Made by a program: the position numbers and the translations under genes
In this document: positions 1-13,235 of the stretch, piece by piece
Layout of the letters: the number at the start of each line of letters is the position of its first letter
Numbering within the stretch: position 1 is the first letter of the stretch
Notes under the pieces: generated by a model
Told to the model about the DNA's origin: nothing
The model's database searches: none
What the model saw: only the letters and a program-made list of their open reading frames with translations
DNA from: Octopus sinensis
Taxonomy: Eukaryota
Assembly (NCBI RefSeq): GCF_006345805.1
Contig: NC_042997.1
Coordinates: forward strand, 128,154,001 to 128,218,000
Direction of reading: 5' to 3'
DNA length: 64,000 bases

Positions 1-720
1 GGGGATGTTTTTGGAGTGTTTCACATTTTGTCTTTTTGGAGGGGGATGGTTTTGGGTATTTTGTTTTTGTTTTTTAATAAATCTTTTTTTTTTTACACAG
101 AACCTGTGTTTAGAGTTTTAAATTTGGTAACTCAGTTAATGCGTTGTTAAATCTTCACTAGTTTGCACATTGAATACCCGTGTTAGTAGAACCTTCTGAT
201 TACAGTTTGTGAAACTGCGAACACGCACGTAAATTTTCTTACAGGTACTGTGGAAAAGTCTTGGTTTGGATCTTCATCAAAAATAAGAGTTACTGTTAAT
301 ATTAGATTCGTATAACGTCACATCCACAAACTATTTGAGCGCCTTAGGCATGGACTTGTATATTAAAGTATTCTGGGGTGTCGCTTCCTTCATTGCTGAA
401 AGATTTCTCTGTAATCCTCGAGCATAGATAATGGATACAGCTTTGCCGCATTCCTAGTTTTCAAAACTTGTTCCAATTATTACTGCTGATTAAATGAAGA
501 AATCTGTAGAGTTGTAGTTTTTGTTTAATTTAATCTGTGACATCCATTAAGATTTATTGAATTTCACAGATATAATTTTTTTAAAAATGGATAAATATTC
601 CACTTTTTCTATTTCTTAATAATAACTATATATGGATATATTCGTTGACTCATTGTTTTTTTGTCCACAGAATTTTGAGAGCAATAATTTATAATTTCAA
701 TATAGATTCATATTACTCAT

Positions 721-1368
721 AAAGAAAGGCTTCAATTTGTGGCGAAGATGACTCAATGGTGCTAACACAATTAGAGCGACATTTGCAGAATGTTCATCCT
801 CAACGCAAGAACATGAAAAAAAAGTTGTTTATTTAAACGTCATAGGGATGACCTTAAATCGACGAAGTTAGATTCAACAGGGGCAGTCATGAAATAACCA
901 AAAGGTTGTTAAAGCTTCTTATATTATCCACTAGAGATAGCAAAAAAAAAAGACGGAAGAGAGAGGGGGAGAAAGAGAAGGAGGAGAAAGAGAGAAGGGG
1001 AGAAAGAGAGGGGGAGAAAAGAAGGGGAGAAAGAGAGAGGGGGAGAAAGAGTGGGGGAGAGGGGAGAAAGAGAGGGAGAGGGGAGAAAGAAAGAGAGAGA
1101 GAGAGAAATGCATATAAGGGAAAACCTTGACCAAACTTTGTGATTTCAAAATGTTGGAAACTGTATTGTTCAGATGGTGTACTATTTATGTTGGAAACGA
1201 AGTCTAGTTTCCGTGTTCGCGTGAGAAAGCGATCACCTAAAATGTCAAGAATGTATGATCCATAGGCTAGCTTTAATAACGCTTCTAGTTCCACTAACGA
1301 TGATTTTGGATCAAGTAATTCCAAGTGTGAATTTTGTCAAAGAGGAACCCCTCACCTCTCGACTTGCC
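721..1368 (+). mobile_element. Degenerate hAT (Buster/ZBED8-like) transposase fragment
   Basis: Manual translation across frameshifts: ICGEDDSMVLTQLERHLQNVHP (BED-finger-like), RDDLKSTKLDSTG...KASYII..EIAKK, DG at 1173 and CMIHRLAL at 1252-1275 (hAT CxxH motif), then ILDQVIPSVNFVK. Interrupted by a GA-rich tract. No TIRs found. Confidence 0.75.
945..1108. repeat. GA-rich low-complexity tract
   Basis: Repeated GGGGAGAAAGAGA-type units; source of the low-complexity ORFs at 887-1324. Confidence 0.9.
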
Positions 1369-1384
1369 TGACAGTTATGATTGG

Positions 1385-2556
1385 TATCATCTGAATACCC
1401 TGAATATCGTCTGCCTCAAATTCTTCAGATCCCATCTTCTGTACCATTTGTACAAAGCTATTAATGACTGAGACCGTTTCATAGTCACTCTTATTATCTC
1501 CCGTCACTACATTCGAACACAAATTTTTACGAGCCTGAATGATACATATACGTTGAACTTCTTCTGGCGCATCTTAAATATTCTTTGTTGCTTCGGTCAT
1601 GTTCTAATTTTTCCAGGAATCTTTGATGCCTGTGATCAACTACGTAAAGTTCTCCTAAGATAATATGCGTTGAAAATGAAAATATCACATAAATTTTTCA
1701 TAGAATGTAAACGACTTCAGAAATATGATTATCTGGAAAAGAATCGAAAGATAAAGATGAACAGAAGCGTTGTTCAAATGCAGACGTTGTCCAAAGGCAG
1801 ACATTTTCACGGTAAAAAAATGTATTCCGTGAGGTTTTCATGTAACAAACCGATTAGATTTGGAGACACTTTTTTTCATTTCATCATCTTTGTAATATTA
1901 AATTTCAAAACTCCAATTTTGTGTCTCTAATGCGAGACAGATCTTTTGCTGTTTTCTATTTCAATATTTTCCATTTCACAACCGAAATTTAAATTTTTTA
2001 AGGGTAGCCACTTCGGGAATAGTCCATAGTTTTCTACATTAAAAACTAAAGCCTGGAATTGCTGAGAATTCTAAAGCAACCTGAACGTCAGTATTGCTGA
2101 TTTTCTTGTTATTCATTGAAAGACAACCGGAAAATCACCAATTCTGGATTTCCAGCATTGCTGAATCTCCAATGGAGATTAGATCTATCCACGAGAAGCA
2201 ACAAGCGTTTGAGCGATTCCTTCAGATTCTTCCGTTTCAACTGTCTAAATACTTTTAACGTATTTTCCTGGATAATGGCTCGGTAGGGTGGCCAGTGATG
2301 CTGTCAAACATCCACACAAAAACTAAACATTTTTTCACAAATTTTTTATGATTTTACTGTGTGCCATTTTAGTTTAACATCATTACATTCACTTGACTTT
2401 TTATTTGATAACATATTTTGTCAGATTGATACATTATGGTTTTCAGATTTGACAGTGCCATTCCATATGATTCTGCAACGACACTTTTTCTCCTTCTACT
2501 CTCTGCATAATCTTTAGTTTGGTATCTAATGATACTGCTTTACGCTTACGTGACAT
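1385..2556 (-). mobile_element. Degenerate Tigger/pogo (CENP-B-like) transposase
   Basis: ATG at 2556 gives MSRKRKAVSLDTKLKIMQRVEGEKSVVAESYGMALSNLKTIM (CENP-B N-terminal HTH). Further on: LNNASVH (LDNAPGH-like), NAYYLRRTL, IKDSWK..EATKNI.DAPEEV, MGSEEFEADDI. Many stops and frameshifts. Confidence 0.75.
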
Positions 2557-3043
2557 GATGCGATAACAAAAGTACCGAATAAATTTATTTTTTTTAAATT
2601 ACTGTGCTTTAATAAATTACTAAATTACTACACAAATGGTACGATGTTGTGCGAGCAAACATCTTAAAACGGTAAAAAATAAAACATAACAAATGTAACT
2701 GATTGATTGTTTTCTTTTGTGTGTGCTAGTAAAGCAACGAGATGGTTTCTTATAACAAATTTTTATTTGGAAAGAAGAACTCCGAGGAGGCCGTTCAACG
2801 AAGATGTTTAGCTTTATTTATTTATTTTATTTTGTTATTTTTCTTTTTGTAAGTTTGGCAATTTCTGCAATGGTAATAAACTTCATTATAACATGGTTTC
2901 CTACACAGAGGATGCATAAATCGAGGTGTTTGTGTATAGGCACTTACCACCAAAATGCAACTTTGAAACGTATTTGTGTATGTATGATGCATATATCTAC
3001 CTATACATACACATACATATACACACCACACACACACGCAAAT

Positions 3044-3075
<32 letters not shown>

Positions 3076-3242
3076 CACACACACACACACACACACGTAG
3101 CGATTGTATTTGTTTGGCAAGTAATTTGATCTGAGATTCTTATGTTAAAACTGAAACAATTATATTTTTGTATTTCACTTCCTTTCACATACTACGATAG
3201 TATTACATAATATACTGTGTCACCCTCCATCACACACACACA

Positions 3243-3557
<315 letters not shown>

Positions 3558-3663
3558 TGTCAGGATCAAGGGTTGAGAGATCAGGTCATATTTAATATCA
3601 AACAAAATAAGCCAGAGAAAAAAGAATAACTGATTTTTCTGTTGCGTATATAACTGATTTTGA

Positions 3664-3865
3664 TGAAATTGATGAAAAATTATGATAATTTGCATTTTTC
3701 TCCAGAGTTATAAGTACCAATGACTTGGTAGTGAAATTGTTGAAAAATTATGAAAATTTGCATTTTTCTCCAGAGTTATAAGTACCAGTGACTTGGTAGT
3801 GAAATTGATGAAAAATTATGAAAATTTGCATTTTTCTCCAGAGTTATAAGTACCAATGACTTGGA
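3664..3865. repeat. 68-bp tandem repeat, 3 copies
   Basis: Units start at 3664, 3732 and 3800 (TGAAATTGATGAAAAATTATG...GTACCAATGACTTGGTAG), few substitutions, no spacers. Confidence 0.95.
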
Positions 3866-4140
3866 GTTGTTTAGTGGTCAGAGTATTCAGCTGATGATCC
3901 TGAAGTCGTGAGTTCAATACCCGAATCGGTCATCATGCTTTCTTTTTCAGTAAGGCACCGCATTTCATGCAATTTCAGACTGCTCTGCTGTAAATGATTA
4001 CCAGAGGATTGCTGGTACAGCTCTCTCATTCCCCCTCTTTTACATTGCCAGGGGCCGGAAAGGTATCTGTAATTAACGATAGCAGGACACGTTACTAACT
4101 CATACAGCCAGTGTACCTTGTATGAGTGAAAACTTCAGAA
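3863..4140 (+). mobile_element. Degenerate tRNA-derived SINE
   Basis: A-box-like TAGTGGTCAGAG and B-box-like GAGTTCAATACC; downstream segment loosely resembles the CORE/Meta-type domain of other SINEs in the window. Confidence 0.5.
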
Positions 4141-4351
4141 ATATTTCTGTCTTATGAGACCTATTCAGTGAAGTGTGGTGTAATGGTAACAGATCATAAA
4201 ATAACTCCGAGAGGATACAAGTTTCGGATAAAAATCATTCACTGATTAGATAATTAATACTAAGTAATCACCTAAGATCTTATAGTATGTAGTTATGTCC
4301 TCGTGTGTGTGTGTGTGTGTGTTGTGTGTGTGTGTGTGTGTGTGTGTGTCC

Positions 4352-4672
4352 AAATCCACACTACATATGTTTCATAGCTAGTAGAACCTCGAAAGTACTA
4401 ATTACCCAAACGAGGACTAATCCGCTCGCTACCCGTCGGACCAAAGATACCTTAATCAAATGAAGTTTACGTTGTCGTCAACGGATCCCATGTCAACTTG
4501 CAGGAGATCTCTCAAAAATCCTATGAGTTAACACGGGATCCATTGACGACAAGGTAAACCTGATTTGATGAAGCTATCTTTGGACCGATGGGTAGCTAGC
4601 AGATTGACCCTTGTTTGGGTAATTACTACTTCCGAGGTTCTGCTAACTATGGAACATATGCAGCGTGGATTT
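4352..4672. repeat. Long imperfect palindrome (fold-back / MITE-like)
   Basis: Left arm AAATCCACACTACATATG...GGATCCCATGTCAACTTGCAGGA pairs with right arm TCCTATGAGTTAACACGGGATCC...CATATGCAGCGTGGATTT. Arms about 150 bp, loop about 13 nt. Confidence 0.9.
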
Positions 4673-5864
4673 TATCTACTCCAATCCGTCATTTTGGATT
4701 TTTATTCGCATATCCAGCAACTCCAGCTGCCAACCGTAAACTACAAAATAACTTTTTACAGCATATCGAACTTCGATATGAGAAAATTTTACAGCCTTCT
4801 ATGTCGATAAACCGCTAGTGTTGCTGAAAGTTGATTTTAAAACCTTCTGTGGACTGTTCAAAGCTTATTAACTTCCTACACCTTGAATCTTGGATCTTAC
4901 CGTTACATATATAAGTGTGTGCGCGCAAGAGTACACATAGAAAGAGCGCAAGAGTAAAAAATCTATAATTATGCAAGAAATATAAAAAAAAAGTTTTTCT
5001 ATCTCAGGTATCTTTGCATATTAAATTTTTGACACTAGAATGTCATTTTCAAAAGATGTTACTTAAAATCAACTGTTTGTGTCTTGCCTCGGAGGCCGAC
5101 TGATGATATTCGGATCTAATAGCTGAGTTATTAATATTCTCCAGTAATCTTTCTAATTCCAGCATTCATTTTAGGCAGCTAACTAAAATGTTAATTTTTT
5201 TAAAAGGACGTATTAATAGTTGGATGTAAAACAGTTGATATAATTGCCTATAGTAATAGTATAATTACTGGGAAATACAGATTTCATACAAAATATATAA
5301 CTGAAGTATATGCAGCATCTAAAAGCATTTTATTTAATGCTATAGAAAGTAAGAAGTAAGCCTTAGCAATGCAAGAAATAAAATGTTTAGTTTTACAAAT
5401 TTTAATGTCTTTATATCTTAAAAATTTGGACATTAAAATCGACATTGAAATTTTTTAAACTGAATACATTTAAAATTCTAAAAGTGTGTTTTATTTTTTT
5501 TACTTTGTTCTCTCTTTCTATAACATTACAAGATATTTCGAGATGCTTCATATACCACAATTACACACATACACACATATGTCCGCAGCGTAAACGTATC
5601 TTTCGTTTTCCTTTTTCTTCTCTTAATGCTTTTATTTTTCTTTTATAAAAGATATAACAAGAGATGTTAGCTCTTCTTCCAATTCTTTTCATTTGATCCA
5701 TTTATTTTCATCGTTCACATTACTTGATTGTTATTATTACATTTTGTTTTTTCCGCTATTTGTACCATGTTTTGCTGTTTTACTGTTTACTTTTTTGCTC
5801 CGCTTCCCTCTTCTCACTTTCGTTATGTGTGTTTCTATCTTATTACCGTTTTTCTCTTATGCTA

Positions 5865-6211
5865 AGGGGTAAAGACACTTTAGTCATGAATGACCATGGG
5901 ATTGCACCTAGAAAATTCCCCTCCAAGGCACAAGTCCAGGTAAAATTGTTTATGGAAGATCAGCAGCCGCCCATATATGCCAGCCTTCCCTCTCCACGCC
6001 ACCGATGTTATTCAAGGGAAAGGCAAATCCCGATACAGCTTGGCACGTAAGACGTCATGACTCATTTCTACAACTGAGTGAACTGAAGCAATGGGAAAAT
6101 AAAGTGTCTTGCTCAAGAACACAACACACAATCCGGTTCGGGAATCGATCTCACTCACTACCTCATGATTGTGAGTCCGACGCTCTAGCCACTGAACCAT
6201 GTACCTTCACA
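5865..6211 (-). mobile_element. tRNA-derived SINE with CORE/Meta-like domain
   Basis: Head GGTACATGGTTCAGTGGCTAGAGCGTCGGACTCACAATC, then GTGTTCTTGAGCAAGACACTTTATTT. Same family at 41624, 59533 and 61490. Confidence 0.85.
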
Positions 6212-6284
6212 TCTTATGTATATATAATGCATATGCATTATGTGTACATATATATACACACACACATACACATACATATATATA

Positions 6285-6322
<38 letters not shown>

Positions 6323-7769
6323 GCGTATATATACACACACACACACACACGTGTATATACATATGTATGTATATATGTATGTATGCATGTGTGTGTGTGT
6401 GTGTTAAATAAATCAGACAATAAAGCCAAGGCATTGTGGAATTTTCAGGATATTTATAAAGAGAAATTTAGTCTTACAGCTGTTTCTGGGATATTAGGAA
6501 TTTCCCTTCATCAGAGACGATGTGAGATGGTTAAACAGAGGGAAATATTAGAGTTCAATATAAGATCAACTATTAATTTTAAACAACGATACGCTGCGCA
6601 TCTCAATTATTTTAGAGACGAGAAACAGTAAATCCACAACACTCACCAGTCACATTCATCATCTCCAAAATAGAAATAGTCCCTACATCTTTTCATGCTC
6701 CATAATAAAACAGGCATTCCACATATTAAAACATAACTCTTCAATACTACTAAATAAATATGAGAACCTAGGTACATGCAACCACCGATATTTTCATACC
6801 TTTAAACTTTACCACAAATCTAAACACAACCTAAATAACCACATAGCACGTATCCCGAACAACTCTTAGGTAATCTGTTACAACCGTATTTGATTTACCG
6901 TTAATTTATTAATTCTCCAATCTTGTTTTAATTGTTTAATACATGTATAGACATGCATATGCGTACGTATGCGGATGTGTGTGCGTATGTATATATATGT
7001 GTGTGTGGGTATGTGTGTATACATATATATATATGCATGCATGCGTATATATGTATGTATATATATATGTATATATATATAAGTATATGTGGATGTGTAT
7101 ATATATGTATGCATGCATGCGCAGGCCTATATGATAGTGCGTACACACACACATACATATATGTACATGTGTGCCCGCGCGCGTATGTCTTTCTTTCTCT
7201 CTGATTCCTCAACCCACACTATCACATTAGCCAGTACAGTAAGCACAGACTATGTTCCAGCTACGTATCTTATTTTGGGAATTTCACGACTACTCGTTTT
7301 GAGCAACAGTTTGAACAATATTCCTCTTTGCCTACGGTGACATCTCTAGACAACGCATGATCTCCGTTTGCTAGAAAAAAATAAACACACTTCCTTCAAA
7401 TTACATCCTCAATGGAGTAGTCCTAATCATATCTTATCTGTTTAAAAAATAGGTTCATCACACTTCGTGCGCAGAACTGCACATTGAGGTCAGACCTTGC
7501 GTTGAACAACAATCGTAACAACACTGATATAGGAAATTATTCTTTTCTCTGTCAATAAGCCAGTCGCTGTGTTCCCTCAAATCAGTTCGTTAATATTCGG
7601 AAATTATTAACTGATACTCTATATCACAAACTGATATTTTATTTCTTATATTGGCATAGGGTCAAAAATTCTTAGATATAGTCGGTTGCGGCGGCGGCGG
7701 CGGCGGCGGCGGTGACGGCGGTGTCGGCGGCGAAAGCGGTGACGGCAGCGTTAACTCGTATCCGAGTAG

Positions 7770-8170
7770 CAGATCTGTAGCCAGAGATTTAACTTCTTCA
7801 TCCAGATGTGTACGAAGGGTGCTGGTGCCTGAGCTGACCGTTCAGGCTATGGGTGGTATAGAAGAGCCAGGGGTATTTATCCCAGCCCAGTCGCATCCTA
7901 CAACTGCCGAAGAACCAAGACACAGCACTTCATGAGAAGGACGGCCTTCGGGTAAGAGCCGCTTGCATGTAGCTCCAAACTGGAGGTTTCCAGCTGTCCA
8001 AGCCTGTCCCCGTCGCCCCGTTTACCGTCGCAACTGGACTCAGAGAAAAGAAAAGAGGGACTCATTGTTCAAACTACAGATAACCTTCGCGTGATTTTGA
8101 TTAAGGTTGACAATGTGTTGCAACCTACAAGGCTGACGCACTTGGCCACCCGTCTTCACCAGCAGCATCA
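7770..8170 (-). mobile_element. Possible 5' region of an RTE-clade LINE
   Basis: GC-rich segment GGGGCGACGGGGACAGGCTTGGACAGCTGGAAACC resembles RTE 5' regions as I recall them; ends near a KLATW-like endonuclease start. Recognition from memory only. Confidence 0.35.
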
Positions 8171-8184
8171 TTGGGATTGGTGAC

Positions 8185-8375
8185 ATACTGAGATACTATA
8201 AGTCGATTAAATCGAGCATAGTTCTTAACTGTTAGGTTACTTTTCCCTCCCTGAAACGAGAAACGACAAAGCTAACAGGCAAGGTTTGAAATCAGAACGC
8301 AAAATGCTTTAACTAAATAGCTACGAAGTATTTCGTCTGTTACCCTAGCAATTCTGCCAACTCACCATCTCAATT
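8185..8375 (-). mobile_element. Degenerate Nin/Deu-domain SINE
   Basis: Diverged match to the family head (TGGCAGAATTGCTAG...CAGACGAAATAC, reverse complement) and GTCGATT tail. Confidence 0.6.
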
Positions 8376-8499
8376 AAATGTTCTGATGTCATTAATCATT
8401 TGTTAGTTAAGTTTTTGTTTTCAATAAAGCTGAACATCTCAAATGCATGAGGTTAATTTACTCAGAGTCACCATCTGCGTGAAAACAAAAACAGGAGCC

Positions 8500-9782
8500 A
8501 GTATAAAAACCACCTTGAAGAACCACATAGTAAAGTTTAACAAAAAACTATACATGCAGATTCAAGGTGCAGCCATCGGTGTCGGTGTAGTTGGAGATGT
8601 GGCTGGCCTCTTCATGTCCTGGTGTGACAGAAGACTTAAACAAATGTTAGCAGAACAGTCCACAACTCTTCTACTCTACAGTAGATATATAGATGACATT
8701 AATATCATAGTTAAAACCAACTCTAGTGACGGTAGTGTAGAAACTGAGAAGAACGTAATGGAGAGCATCCAGCAAATAGCTAACTCCATCCACCAAAGAA
8801 TCAAGATAACTATAGATTACCCCCACTAAGCACCCCAACAATAGACACCCTGTCCTTGATACTGAACTTTCGTTAGAGACTGTGAACAATAGAGTGCAGC
8901 TCCTCCACTCCTATTACATGAAACCCATAACTTCAAAATATGTTGTTCACAAGAACTCAGCTTTGTCACACATGAAAATTAACATACTGATAGCAGACTT
9001 AGAATAATAAACTTAGAATAATAAACATAGTGTCCCCACTATGCGAACCCAATGAAACGAAAAAACATATACAGAACTTCATGCACATCATGCAGCTCTT
9101 TGGATATGATCAGAAAGATAGGATTTAAGTATACAGGGGGGCTAGAAAGAAATTAGACATTATACGTAATGATACCAGTGGCCCTAGATATAGAAACAAA
9201 GAACGGAATAGGATACAAAGAGCTTGTGACAAAGCAAACAGGGCGAACACATGGTATAAAACCGACAAATATCAAGAAGTGATGTTTGTGGAGGCTACAG
9301 CCCATAGAGAACTAGCCCGTAGATTTAGAAAAGCTCTGAAGGAGACCAAACTCAACATTAAGATTGTTGAAAAGCCAGGGAACTCCGTCAGATCACAACT
9401 ATGTAGAACGTACCCGTTTAAGAATACTATATGCACCAATGATAACTGCATGATATGTAGGATTAGCATTAACTGTAGAACTCGAAATGTAGTTTACAGC
9501 ATAAGGTGCATAGAAGGTGCTTGTAAAGACATGAAAATGACATACATAGGGGAGACATCTTGGAGCATTGCGGAACGACTAAATGAACATCTGAGACAAT
9601 ATGACGACAAAAAACAGTCCTGCATACTCTGCCAACATGCCAAAGACCACTATGCAGGCAACTTGGGTCAACTTGACATCCGCAACTTATCCAAGCACCC
9701 AAAAGACCCAACACTCAGACAAATACGGGAGTACGTCCTTACAAATGAAACTTCCCCTATACTAAATAGGAAATATACGTAG
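8500..9782 (+). mobile_element. Penelope-like retroelement remnant: reverse transcriptase + GIY-YIG endonuclease
   Basis: ORF 8443-8829 has FNKKLYMQIQGAAIG and YSRYIDDI (RT domains 4-5). ORF 9279-9782 has a Cys cluster then VVYSIRC...YIGET...ERLNEH (GIY-YIG). The interval is frameshifted but RT-thumb-like (HPVLDTE, YMKP). Confidence 0.9.
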
Positions 9783-10388
9783 TAGATATCATACCTCCAT
9801 ACCCACAGTTTACACAGGTAGAGTAGAATAGTTAGTGGACTGTTATATAGATAGATGCATGTATGTGTGTGGTGGGGGGGGCTATATATGTGTACATGCA
9901 CATGTGTGTAAGCATATGGATATGAAAATAAACAGATCAACATACAGACGGATAGGTACATAGGTTATATGAACAGACAAGCATACATACACAAATGGAG
10001 ACTGAAACACATGACCATATATACACACACACTTTACTTCACACAAGGACATATATGGAGATGCACATCCATACATATAAACATGGTACATAGTTGCAAA
10101 ACACACATACACAAACACACACATACACAGACATGCACGCTCACACACACATACACAAAAGATACATAAACATGGACATGCAAGCACATGAATATGCAGA
10201 ATACATACATACAGATGCACACACATACATACATATATACATATGCATACACACACACATATATACATACACACACATGCATACATACATACATACATAC
10301 ATACATACATACATACATACATACATACATTACTACATACATACATGCATACATACATACATGCATGCATACATGCATGCATGCATAG

Positions 10389-10424
<36 letters not shown>

Positions 10425-10739
10425 CCACACACATGCGTACAAACAAACAAAAAGGAATGCAGTGTAAATAACGGACAGAGTCAAGACTATTGAAAAATTT
10501 GCAAGGCGCAACGAAAATTTTGGGAAAATAAAAATAAGGAATAAATGGAAATTTTACGATGAGTGTTTTAAATTATCAGGCACAAAAAGAAAATGACTCT
10601 CCCCAGACACAACAGAATAGGGTTAAATTAGTTTTTACACAATCTATGTAAATATTAAGATTTTAATTAGAAACATTTATGTGATGAAGAAACAATATTA
10701 GCCGAATGACTACTAATATTTTAATCGTTTCAGCAAATA

Positions 10740-10795
10740 CAGAAGACAATTCCGAACCACGTTTCGCTTATATTAGACCTCTTCAGTGAAGCTTA
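10740..10795 (-). ncRNA. Degenerate minimal hammerhead-ribozyme-like motif
   Basis: Minus strand reads CTTCA-CTGAAGA-GGTCTAATATAAGC-GAAAC-GTGGTTCGGAA. Both core boxes exact; stems I and II imperfect. Confidence 0.4.
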
Positions 10796-11125
10796 AACAC
10801 CATTCTTTGTTATCGTAGTTTTGGTCTGCTATACATGTCGTTTTTCATCACTCGTGACTAATCACCAAATACACGCATACGGCCACCAAATAATAACCAT
10901 TACCACAATAATAACTAGTTTTAATGAATATTGTCGGTGCTGTCATCGTCATCATCATAAATACAGTTAGTATGGTAAATCGAATAAGATCAGAAGAATA
11001 TACAGCAAGAATCACGTTCAGTTAAAGATTTCTCTTCCACAAACGTGACATTGTTGTTTGGAAATTCATGTCTTACATTTCCAAACAACAGCTATATTTT
11101 GTATTGTCGCCATTATACTAGTACA

Positions 11126-11128
<3 letters not shown>

Positions 11129-11211
<83 letters not shown>
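11129..11211. repeat. (CT)n microsatellite
   Basis: Directly visible. Confidence 0.95.
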
Positions 11212-11216
<5 letters not shown>

Positions 11217-11456
11217 TGCCTTTCTTTCCCTTCCAGTCTGAGGATCTGTGTCTCTTTACTCTTTCTCCAACTGTATATAAATATGTACGTATGTATGTAT
11301 GTATGTGTGTATGTATGTATGTATGTATGTATGCATGCAAGTATGCATGTATGTATGTATGTATGCATGTATGTATATATATATATATATATATAATATA
11401 TATATAATTATATCATATCACCTTATATTCATGCATTCTATTATATATGTGCTTGT

Positions 11457-11521
<65 letters not shown>

Positions 11522-11765
11522 GCTCTATTCCTCTATCACTACACGGACAAGTAGCGAAAAACATTTTTGACAATTCAGTTGATTTATGCAAAAAATAAAT
11601 AAATAAATAGCAAAAAAATAATTAAGGCGTGAGTTTCTTTTGGGGAGAAAGATCCTCTCAAGATACAGCAATATCTGTTACAACAGATAATTGTTTCACA
11701 CCAAAACTCTTGGGGAGTAAGTAACAAAAAGAAATATGTATAAAGGAATGTGCATATGTGTGTTG

Positions 11766-11820
<55 letters not shown>

Positions 11821-13056
11821 GAAACACACAAACATACATACACACAGACAGATGCACAGACACACTCAGACACACTCATAGACGCACACATACATACAGA
11901 CGCACACACACAAACACATACATACATGGTAAATATATATTTTACCATTTGATCTACTGTTGATGTTCGCAGGTATCCACAGTTTAAATATTATATTAAG
12001 CTGTTAGTTTAAACTGAAAAACAAAAAATTTATTTATAAATACAATAGGTTCACACCTATTTAAAGTAGTGAGTGGAAAAATTCTATTAATTGAGATGTA
12101 TCCACGTAATTCCTAAAAACTATATAACCGCCTACTACAACTGTCTATCTCAAAAAAAGTGAGATAACTCCAAAAAGATCAGTTGATCAAAATTTTGAAG
12201 ATAATCCAGATAACACAGATGGGAAGTGATCTGGCTGGTCTTTAAGCAATCGGTAGCAGCAATTCACATGTTTCTGTCGTTTTAGACCTGCTCAATGATG
12301 CTAAATTAATTATTTTTATCTAAAAGCAAAACAAAATGACATACTTTGCATTTCAGGTCACTCGAATTTCTGTGTAATGCACTACAAATATGAAATAACC
12401 CCACTGTGGGGGATAAGAACACTATAGTTCAAATGAAGACACAATACACATGTTGGGCTTCAGTGGATGTGTATGTTAGTAGGAAAGAGGCCCTACGAAG
12501 AGTTCATCCGTTCCACAAATTAAAGTTACATTGTCATTTATGCGTTACGCTTCAAATTATCAAGAAACTTGCAATATGAATGAACGAATTTGCTCATGTT
12601 TCTACACACTGTTGTGCAATTATACATACATACATACACACACAACACACACACACACCCACACACCCACACATAATATATAATATATTATATTATATAT
12701 ATATATGTATATTTATATATATATATATATATATAATATATATATATATATGTTCTGTGCGGGTGTGTGTGTGTGAGTGTGCATGTGGGTGCGTGTGGTG
12801 TGTGTGTATAATGTATGTATATATATATATATAAATATACATCTACATAAACGCTTGAAACTCTAGGCACTTGAAGTGATATATGAACGTGTGTATATGT
12901 GTGAAGCTTCATACACAGACAAACGTCAATAAGCACACACACTCGCCCACACATACGTACTCACACACTCGATCCCATTTTTACATCCACACTCACACCA
13001 TTCTCACATACACACACGCGTTTGTGCACCTTAGTTCGTTGTGGTCACCGTTACCG

Positions 13057-13118
<62 letters not shown>

Positions 13119-13235
13119 CTCCCTTTCATTCAACCTCTTTTATCCAGTCATTTCATCATGTTGGACCGCTGAACTCTGCACACTTTTCTCTTACCGTTTT
13201 TTTACATTCTCTTTCTATCCCCCCCCCCCTTAATC

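Noticed and set aside
3664-3865. CRISPR-like array
   Set aside because: Units are contiguous with no unique spacers, and the context is eukaryotic.
5095-5125. Hammerhead at CTGATGA (5100-5106)
   Set aside because: No GAAA box follows at a usable distance.
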